Of a stretch of 9,636 bases of DNA, positions 1 through 7,921 are shown one piece after another. The position numbers and the translations under genes are program-made. The stretch comes from Octopus sinensis (Eukaryota): assembly GCF_006345805.1 (NCBI RefSeq), contig NW_021827888.1:1-9636 (forward strand), in the 5' to 3' direction. Each line of letters begins with the position of its first letter. The stretch's first letter is position 1. The notes beneath the pieces are model-generated. The model did no database searches. It saw only the letters and a program-made list of their open reading frames with translations, and was not told the origin of the DNA.

Positions 1-507
1 TCTTACTCTGTCTCACACCTGTCAATATTTTGTTTCACTCTTAGTAAAATGCTAAAATGATTTATTTTAGTAAAAACAAAAAAAAAAAAAACACAAAAAA
101 AACATGCATCTCCGGAAATAGAGAGAAGAATATATGGGGAAGAAATACAGCCTAAAAGTCCAACACTAGTGACAGGGAACGATTGTATTGCTTCTCTGGA
201 AATATACCCAGCTTATTTACATCACTTGGGTTAACGTGCTTATTTCTTTCACTCTTTATTATTTCATTAAAAAACAACAGCACTTTCTCTAGAGCAGATT
301 AAATGGTTGACACGCGAGGATTCAGATTTCATATGATATATATACAGTGTTGCCAAATTTTAAGGAACGCTATAAAATCTTTATTTCTTAAGTGGGTATA
401 CTGCAAAACCATGTACGCATGCGTTCATAAATACACACATTCAAACAATAACAAAGCGAGATACAGATATCTCAAAAAAATGTTTTTTCAATCTCAGCTC
501 AATCTCT

Positions 508-620
508 CTGCTCACACATACAAACACATATACATATATACATGCATGCATTCATACATATATGCATGCATGTATGTATGTTTGTATGTATGACTGTATG
601 CATATATATATATATATATA
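508..620. repeat. Compound microsatellite (CA/CATG/TATG) ending in (TA)n
   Basis: Directly visible; abuts the SINE A1 head. Confidence 0.9.
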
Positions 621-791
621 GGTGTGGTATGGCTGTGTGGTAGAAAGCTTGCTTCCCAACCACCTGGTTCCGGGCTCAGTTCCACTGCGTGGCACCTTGG
701 GCAATTGTCGTCTACTATAGCTTCAGGCCAACCAAAGCCTTGTGGACGGAAACTGAAAGAAGCCTGTCGTATATATATATATATATATATA

Positions 792-841
<50 letters not shown>

Positions 842-1058
842 CTGTGTGTGTGTCTGTGTGTGTGTGTTTGTCTCCCAACATCGCTTGACAACCGATGCAG
901 GTGTGTTTACGTCCCCGTAACTTAACGGTTCAGCAAGAGAGACCGATAGAATAAGTACTAGGCTTACAAAGAATAAGTCCTGCGGTCGATTTGCTCGACC
1001 ACAGGCGGTGCTCCAGCATGGCCACAGTCAATGACTGAAACAAGTAAAAGAGTAAAAG
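621..1058 (+). mobile_element. tRNA-derived SINE, family A, copy A1 (full length, 13-bp internal deletion, expanded internal microsatellite)
   Basis: A-box-like TGGCTGTGTGGT (630-641) and degenerate B-box GGGCTCAGTTCC (671-682). CORE-like CCTTGGGCAA follows, then an internal (TA)n(TG)n at ~770-868, a terminal hairpin CAGTCAATGACTG and an (AGTAAAAG)2 tail. Aligns end to end with the reverse complement of 8541-8920 and 9199-9608, except that it lacks the ~13 bp AGTGGATTTGGTA-type segment after 744 that both other copies carry. Confidence 0.93.
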
Positions 1059-1107
1059 ATATATATATGTGTGCGTGTGTGTGTATATACACACGTACAC
1101 ACGCACA

Positions 1108-1876
1108 CAGACATGCAAGAAGTAAATAGACACCTTTAATTTTCAAAATTTCTGATCTAAGCATCGTAATGTTTTCAGTTGTGTAGAATTTACAATGTAA
1201 TTATTCTTTTTCATTCCAGGTGCCATTATATTAAACATTTGCGAAGAGTAACCATGCCACACACAAAAAAAATTCAGCAGAACGGTCAGATTTTCAAAGA
1301 GGTCGTATTGTTGGGCAATCTGAGACTGGTCTCAGCCAGCGAAAAATTGCCGAAAATCTTCAAATTCCTCTTGCTACTGTTAATAGAATTATAGTGCCAT
1401 TCAAAAGTCAAGGAAAAGAATCAACAGATTCTCGTCCCGGCTGACATGGGCTCTCGGAAAGGAAGCTTCGCTGTTTGAAGAGAATTATGGAAAATGAACC
1501 CTGTTCGAATGGTTCTGACATTGCAAAACAAGAACGTGTGTTACATATCTGCATAAGCTTGGGTATTATGGACGAGCAGCTAGAAGAAAACCTCTTCTTC
1601 AACCAATTAATATTATGAAAAGAAAGAAATGGACTAAGGAGATGTCAGAAAAATCCAGTTCATTTTGGAATAGAGTAATTTTCTCAGATGAATCCAGATT
1701 TGCATTATTTTCAGACAGTGGACGCGTTTGGGTCTGGAGGCTTTCCAATCAAGAATTTGATTTGAAACCGCTCCAACCAACTGTGAAACATGGCGGTATC
1801 TCTGTAATGGTTTTGGTAGGTGTCACCAGCGAAAAGGAATCAACAATGGTTGACTGAAAATGGGATCAAAATGCTG
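1108..1876 (+). mobile_element. Tc1-like DNA transposon fossil, internally deleted and 3'-truncated
   Basis: Putative left ITR CAGACATGCAAGAAGTAAATAGACACC (1108-1134) resembles Tc1-type CAG...AAGT...GACACC ends. A decayed transposase follows. No matching right ITR was found, so the left boundary is tentative. Confidence 0.8.
1254..1876 (+). pseudogene. Tc1-family transposase pseudogene (frameshifts, stop, central deletion)
   Basis: ATG at 1254. Frame 2 (1277-1530) reads [36 protein letters not shown]...SRPG*, a paired-like HTH with the GRP motif hit by TGA at 1442. Frame 1 (1531-1809) reads YLHKLGYYGRAARRKPLL...WNRVIFSDESRF...PTVKHGGISVMV, with the first catalytic D at 1687. A jump then leads to CH.AKRNQQWLTENGIKML (1821-1876), the segment that normally follows QDNAP. 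Confidence 0.9.
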
Positions 1877-2094
1877 CGATCCTCTGAACACCGGGCCATT
1901 TCGCTTCCATATATACATACATTAAACATGTTTATTCTAACAAGGTAAATATTGAGAGTGACTTTCATGTTCTGCTGTTCTTTGGCTTCATCAACGTTTT
2001 CACACGAAGAAAGTGACGAATAACAGCTTTATGACAGACCTCTACAACTGTGAATGATTTTTGGACTCTGTCTCTTTGAATGATATCATTGATG

Positions 2095-2162
2095 TGTGTA
2101 CACATGCGTACATGCGCGCACGTGTGTGTTTACACATATCTATTCGTGTGTACGTGCGTGCG

Positions 2163-2198
<36 letters not shown>

Positions 2199-2238
2199 AT
2201 GTATGCCTTGCGTTTGTGCGCGCATGTACGTGTGTGTA
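2095..2238. repeat. Degenerate (TG)n/(CG) microsatellite
   Basis: Directly visible; pure (TG)n core at ~2164-2195. Confidence 0.9.
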
Positions 2239-2418
2239 CCTGACTACAGAATTATACTCAAAGCAGTCTTCTTGAGACAGAGCAATCTCAGAAGACACCT
2301 AACCAAAACCCCCGCTCGATGTGGTCTAACTTGTAACTACATAGTTACGAATTAAACTTCTTAAGTACTCGAACAAGATTGTATATGAATTCGTTTCGAA
2401 CTTGTATGTTTATATACG

Positions 2419-2440
2419 TTTCTTTTCTCTCTCTCCCCTT

Positions 2441-2481
<41 letters not shown>

Positions 2482-2490
2482 TCTTTTTTT
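2419..2490. repeat. (CT)n polypyrimidine tract
   Basis: About 72 consecutive pyrimidines on +. Confidence 0.95.
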
Positions 2491-2769
2491 CGAATATTTG
2501 ATCTCATTTAATAGGGGAAGAACAGCGAATCTACTTAAAAATGCTTACGAGCACGTGAACATGTGAACTTACATGAAGCCGTCCCACAATATGCAGCGTA
2601 AATAAACAATTCATACACTATCAAAGCAGGCGGCATTGTAAAGCAAATCTTTTTACACCGGCAAAATAATTATATGTAATGAACGAAACCAGAATATAAA
2701 ATATTGGTTCTGGTTTCCGATATGACTACTGTTTTTTCTTACTTGTGTATGTGTGTGTGCGTTTGCACC

Positions 2770-2782
2770 CACACACACACAC

Positions 2783-2862
<80 letters not shown>
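2770..2862. repeat. (CA)n-(TA)n-(TG)n compound microsatellite
   Basis: Uninterrupted alternating purine/pyrimidine tract directly upstream of SINE C. Confidence 0.95.
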
Positions 2863-2864
<2 letters not shown>

Positions 2865-3123
2865 AGGCGCTTGGCTTAGTGGTTAGGGTGTCAGCACCCT
2901 GATCGTAATATTGTGGTTCCGATTCCTGGACCGGGCTACGCGCTGTGTTCTTGAGCAAAACACTTCATTTCACACGTTGCTCCAGTCCACTCAGCTGGCA
3001 AAAATGAGTAACGCTGCGATGGACTGGCGTCCCGTCCAGCTGGGGAAACACATACGCCATAGAAACCAGGAAACCGGGCCCATGATCCTGGCTAGGCTTT
3101 AAAAGAGCGCATTTATTATTATT
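2863..3123 (+). mobile_element. tRNA-derived CORE-type SINE (family C), full length
   Basis: Canonical A-box TGGCTTAGTGG (2872-2882) and B-box GGTTCCGATTCC (2915-2926, one extra C). CORE-like GTGTTCTTGAGCAAAACACTT...AAAAATGAGTA follows, then CTGCGATGGACTGGCGTCCCGTCCAG, a 3' stem CCAGGA/TCCTGG (3066-3071/3086-3091) and an (ATT)n tail. Flanked on both sides by (GT)n. Confidence 0.88.
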
Positions 3124-3125
3124 GC

Positions 3126-3140
3126 GTGTGTGTGTGTGTG

Positions 3141-3192
<52 letters not shown>

Positions 3193-3420
3193 CATGAGAG
3201 TGAGATAGATAGATAGTATAGCATTTAACTGTTTCAACAGCCCTTATATATAGAGTAGTACTTCAAAAAGTGTATATATATATGTGTGTGTGTGTGTGTG
3301 TACGTACGTATATGTATATAAGAAACAAATACACATACACGCACACATATTTATATATATATACACACACACATATATAATAATAATAATAATAATAATA
3401 ATGTATGTGTACATGTATAT
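3126..3420. repeat. Microsatellite cluster: (TG)n at 3126-3190, (GATA)n, TA/TG/CA mix, (TAA)8 at 3378-3402
   Basis: Directly visible. Confidence 0.9.
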
Positions 3421-5236
3421 TTATTTGCATGCAGTATGTCTTGTGTTTATCTTGTACAACTGCTATTGCAGAGTTGAAAGCTCCACGTAGGGTACCATAA
3501 TCCAATCTGCATCAAGCATTTTGGCCGATGCTGAAGATTCTGCCTTATATAGTTTTTGTAGCAATAACTTGTTTTACGATATGTATTACTCTGAGAACAA
3601 ATATAGTTCTGAAAGGTAATTTGATTACGAATTTGGTTTCACTTGTTCTATATATTAGGAGTGAACTTAAATTTATCGAATGTTATAGCATGTTTTGCGG
3701 TTTAGATTTTTATGACTAATTTTAGCTACTATAAGACCTATTATAAGTTTTAAGATAAGGCATAATAAAAGATTTTACGACCTCTTAACTCTTAAAGCTG
3801 TCTCGAATGTTTCAGAGATGAAGCACATGTTCTACGAAGAGAAGACTGTAGAGAACTGTAGAAGGTAATTTGCCTTCTTCATCAAAGACATTACTGTGGG
3901 AGGAATAAGAACACCAAGAGGAGTTGTGTGCATTTTAGTGACCAAAGATTATGACTTCAGAGAGATGTGAGTTGAGATAAATGTCCTCTAAGCTGGACAT
4001 TTATGGTAGTCCACACTGTTCGGAGAGTTCGTTGTATTTAACACATTAGAGAAGGAAGCATTTATTTTTGTATTAATGTTCGTATAAGGATTAACAAAAC
4101 CTTTAGAAAATTTTATGGTATCCAACCCATTACGTTGTGGGCTCAACCTTCTGAAACAAGTAAAATAACGTACCAGTCAAGCTTAAGGATCAATCAAATT
4201 CACTAATATCTAAGTTGTACGAGATTTCCTCAAGCAAAAGTCTATGACTGGTCATCGGAAAGGAATTTTCTGAATACTGTTTTAGTTTTAAGAGCGGATG
4301 AGCGTATATACCCAATTCCCATAATATTTCTGAGAAGAACAGTGACCGCCAGAAACTACAAGTATTGAAAGAAATTGTGTCCTACGTAAGTCGTCAGCAG
4401 AAGATTTTGGAAATTAATGTTTTGGCTAAGGATGAGAAACGGAAAATGTAACTCATGATTGTTGCTAGCCTCTACTTCGATTTTTGAGAACAGCCCAGCT
4501 GGTGATCACTGATTTCGAATGAACTTCTCGAAAAATTCCAGATTGCTGTGAAGTGTCAGCATGACATCGAAATGAATAGGATAACGAATTGCGTATCAAC
4601 TGTTAGGGCATTCTATCGAAGCATTTTCTACGGTTCGAGCCTGTTATGCAAAACGTATGCAAGAGAAGGTCTAGTTGATTTATTCTGAAATATACAGCGT
4701 CATCTGAATGCATTATTGACTACAAACTCCGCTAAAAGTATCCACGGCTCAAATGGAAGCGCTAAACTGAATACTGAGTCTACAAGCCACTTAAAAAAAA
4801 GCCATGGTGTTTTATAAAAACACCACAACGAAAGAGATTGCCATGCAATACCAATGGCATTAAACAAAGGATATAAATAAATGCTACGCATTTAAAGTTT
4901 GCTATGACGACTTAATTATGTTTACTGGTAGTAATATGAGCAAAATGTTAATTAATTCTTTATTAGATGTCTTAATTATAATTTTCTTTCATAATTGGGG
5001 AGATTAAAAATTTAGCGTGTCACTGTATTTTTATAGTAGGCTGCTTCTTTCATTATCATTTGTTGTGTGTATGAGTGTATGTGTATGTGCGTATGTGCAT
5101 GCGCGTGTGAGTATGTTAGTGTTTATAAGTGTATACGTATAGAACGTATTGGGTAATCCCATAAATAATGCGGTTTTTTCAATAGCATGAACTAAAAGTC
5201 AGCGGGGAACGGGATAAACTACCTGCATCAATTTGC

Positions 5237-5243
5237 TATAAAA
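5237..5243 (+). promoter_or_regulatory. TATA box (TATAAAA) in the mariner 5' UTR
   Basis: Consensus TATAAAA lies 88 bp upstream of the transposase ATG at 5331, between the left ITR and the ORF. Function is inferred from position only. Confidence 0.5.
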
Positions 5244-5330
5244 GCAGGTAGTAATTTTACCATGTCCTTATTCTTTGTGCAAGTTTTGAAGATTGCAGTT
5301 CGATTTTAGCAGTTATTTTTCAAAGCTATA

Positions 5331-6295
5331 ATGGAAGTGACAAAGGAGCATATTTTGATATATGAGCTCAATAAAGGCAACAACGCAACGGAAAGTGCGA
5401 GGAATATTAATGCAGTATATGGGGATCGGACAATAAGTGGTTCCAGAAATTCCGAGCTGGAAACTATAGCCTAGGAGACAAGCCTTTTCCTGGAAAATCT
5501 GTAGAGCTCGACGAGAACGTCCTGCAAACCCCGGTGGAACAAAATCCCATCGTAACTGTTAAATCCAAGCAGAGAAGCTTGGATTTGGTCATTCAACCAT
5601 TCATCGACACCTACGTGCCATCAGAAAAGTCAGCAAATTGGGTCAATGGGTTCATCACAAACTTTCCAAGTCTAATCACGCGCAGGGAGTGAATGTGTGC
5701 TCTTGTTTGCTATCACGTCTCACGAATGAACCCTTCTTGGACCGATTAGTGACGGGTGCCGAGAAATGGGTTCTCTGTAAAAATGTCAAGCGCCAAAGAC
5801 AGTGGGTAGGGGAAGGAGAAACACCGGTACCCCAGGATAAAGAAGGTCTTCACCCACGAGTCCACTTTGAACTTTTGAATCCAAACCGAACGATAACAAA
5901 CGAGATCTAATGCTAGCAGCTTAGGCGGCTTAAGTCAGCGCTAGAAGAAAAATGACTGTGTTTGGTTTCAAGATGAAAGGTGTTCTTCCATCAGGTTAAT
6001 GCTCGACCACATACAGCAAGGATGACATTCCAAAGAATGGAGCAGTTTGAATGGAAAACGATGCCCCACCTACCATATTTGCCGGACATTGCCCTATATG
6101 ATTATCATTTATTCCGTAGTCTTCAAAATCAAATCGCTAGAAAAAAAAATGAATTCTGTAGATGATGTTAGAACAGAACTGGAGGAATATTTTTCGCCAA
6201 GGACAAGTGAATTTTGGAAGAATGGGGGCCATGCAAGTATATGAGATAGATGGAAAACTATTGTAGAAAATGGAGGAGAGTATACTTTAGATTAA
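5331..6295 (+). pseudogene. mariner transposase pseudogene (Hsmar1/cecropia-like motifs)
   Basis: The reconstruction reads MEVTKEHILIYELNKGNNATESARNINAVYGDRTI, then WFQKFRAGNYSL, then HSTIHRHLRAIRKVSKLGQWVHHKL (WVPHEL motif). First catalytic D is A in VTGAEKW (5758) and the second is V in FHQVNARPH (5995). PYLPDIALYDYHLFRSL (YSPDL motif) holds the third D at 6100, exactly 34 residues after the second position. In-frame stops at 5908, 5914, 5953 and 5974; several frameshifts; terminal stop at 6293-6295. Confidence 0.95.
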
Positions 6296-6379
6296 AAAAG
6301 AACTTTGTTTATTTAATTTTGAAAAATAAAAGTATAACAAACGCATTATTTATGGGATGACCCAATCTATAGAAATTAT

Positions 6380-6427
6380 GTATATGTGTATATATGTATA
6401 TATATGTACACATACATATAGATATAT

Positions 6428-6489
<62 letters not shown>

Positions 6490-6588
6490 GTATATCTGTA
6501 TATATGTGTGCATGTGTGTGTATATGAATATGTATATGTATGTGTGTATATATATGTATATGTATGTGTGTATATATACATATATATA
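6380..6588. repeat. Compound TA/TG microsatellite with pure (AT)n at 6430-6488
   Basis: Directly visible; produces the I/Y-repeat ORFs in the track. Confidence 0.95.
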
Positions 6589-7110
6589 TCCCGCTGTCCC
6601 CTCCACATCTCTCCTCTTTCCACGTGACCGGTGTCCGGCCAACCATGATCTTTCTTTCTTGGCCTGATTGCCGACCGCCAACACCTCATGTGTCCATCTC
6701 CCATGTTCCTGCCTTTAGGCTTTCACTTCATACACACCAGCTCAATTTTATTCGTTGTTGTTTGTATTCATAATTGTGTACCATGTTCTCCGTTTCTTTT
6801 TTGTTTCTGCGTTCTTTGTTTGTTTGTTTGTTTGTCTTTTTTGCCGTACACATTCGCTAGTTTTCTTACAAAGGGGTCTAATGCTCTTAGCTTAGACTTT
6901 TTGGGGGGCAGCCAGATCGAACCATCTCAAGTGAAACTGCCCGAAATGGTCGTGACTTCTGGAACTTGACTTATGAAAGAAAGCCAAGAATGACCTGTCT
7001 GTTTTTTCCTGTTCTTCTAATTATTGTTTCTCTTGTCTGCCTTTGTATCGTCTATCTGTCCGAACGTTTTAATGCCCTCTATCGCGTTTTTGTTCCATCA
7101 ACCTAATATA
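6589..7110. other. Non-coding pyrimidine-rich, hairpin-forming segment; possibly a LINE 3' UTR remnant
   Basis: Compositionally distinct: higher GC and strongly T/C-skewed on +, with (TTTG)n at ~6815-6834 and two adjacent hairpins at 6872-6942. No recognisable protein in any supplied ORF. The LINE assignment is only an impression. Confidence 0.3.
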
Positions 7111-7202
7111 TCCACTGTGTACGTACTTTTGACTTTTGCTGTTTTTCTTTTATATTTGCTTTAAATTTTGATTTGCTATAGACACATACATGCGCACACA
7201 GT

Positions 7203-7280
7203 GGTTGATTGATTAATTGATTGATTGATGATTGATTGATTGCTCGATCCATCCATCCATCCATGGATCGATTGATCGAG
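7203..7280. repeat. (GATT)n/(CCAT)n tetranucleotide microsatellite
   Basis: Directly visible. Confidence 0.9.
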
Positions 7281-7487
7281 GCAGGCACAAATTCAAGATT
7301 TTCAAATTTGCAGTGTTAATCACAAGAAAAGCAAGATGTAGCAGACCTAGGTAAATCCAAATATAAACATTGCATAGTATATTCATCCTTACTTATTAGG
7401 CCATGAGTCACACAATATTGATGGAAAATATTAAAATTTGTCTCTTTGTTTAATTACAGCATTTTATTAGTGTAGAAACAATATTCT

Positions 7488-7493
<6 letters not shown>

Positions 7494-7561
<68 letters not shown>
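7494..7561. repeat. (CT)n(CA)n microsatellite
   Basis: (CT)n at 7494-7526 and (AC)n at 7527-7561. Confidence 0.95.
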
Positions 7562-7565
<4 letters not shown>

Positions 7566-7909
7566 AGCAAATCTTTATAACATTCATTTGAAATACATTC
7601 ATTTACAGTATCACCAACGCAATTTAAAGGATGAACATCCATTCTTCCCTAGTTCTGCACATAAGAACGGAAATGAATTAAATGAGCCGTTTTTCAAATA
7701 CATTTTGAAATTCCATGTCGACTTACATTCGTCATACCCAGCCCTGGAGAACAATAACTAAGTTAATGTTAAACCTATTTAAAATATACATTGTTTCTCA
7801 TGCAGCTATTTTTTTCTTACGCCGAATAACATGCAATATTGTTCATATACTTCATGATGGTTACTCATCGCTCATGAAATTCAAATAATACTGAGCCAGG
7901 TCAAGAGTT

Positions 7910-7921
7910 ATTGCTTCTTAT
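7910..7921. repeat. Target-site duplication of the family B SINE (second copy at 8529-8540)
   Basis: Identical 12-mer ATTGCTTCTTAT directly flanks both ends of the element and cannot be extended in either direction. Confidence 0.9.

Larger units (their letters stand above)
5149..6365 (+). mobile_element. mariner (D34D) DNA transposon, near full length, non-autonomous
   Basis: Inverted terminal repeats TTGGGTAATCCCATAAATAATGCGG (5149-5173) and ACGCATTATTTATGGGATGACCCAA (6341-6365) match at 23/25. A TA lies to the left (5147-5148) and TC to the right, probably a mutated TA TSD. The 1217-bp length plus small internal deletions fits a ~1.3-kb mariner. Confidence 0.95.

Noticed and set aside
71-103. 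A-rich tract as a retroposon poly(A) tail
   Set aside because: No recognisable element body or TSD within the window.
2863-2935. Functional tRNA genes in the SINE heads
   Set aside because: The acceptor and anticodon stems do not close properly and each head continues into a SINE body and tail.
3491-3870. AG|GTAATT donor-like sites at ~3615 and ~3864 with short open frames upstream
   Set aside because: Acceptors are weak, the peptides are unrecognisable, and no consistent exon chain emerges.
4286-4391. Candidate exon with acceptor TTTTAG/TTTAAG and strong donor AC|GTAAGT (4386)
   Set aside because: All three frames between the sites contain a stop, so it cannot be an internal coding exon.
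3977-4825. Hairpins ATAAATGTCC/GGACATTTAT (3977-4004) and TGGTGTTTT/AAAACACCA (4805-4825)
   Set aside because: AT-rich 9-10-bp stems are expected occasionally by chance in 10 kb, and there is no supporting context.
4164-4880. TGA=Trp (genetic code 4) horizontally acquired gene
   Set aside because: Internal TAA stops remain, and the recoded peptide still resembles nothing I recognise.
6900-6960. Penelope-type minimal hammerhead ribozyme
   Set aside because: A stem II-like helix and GAAA are present, but the CUGANGA core and a stem I pairing are missing.
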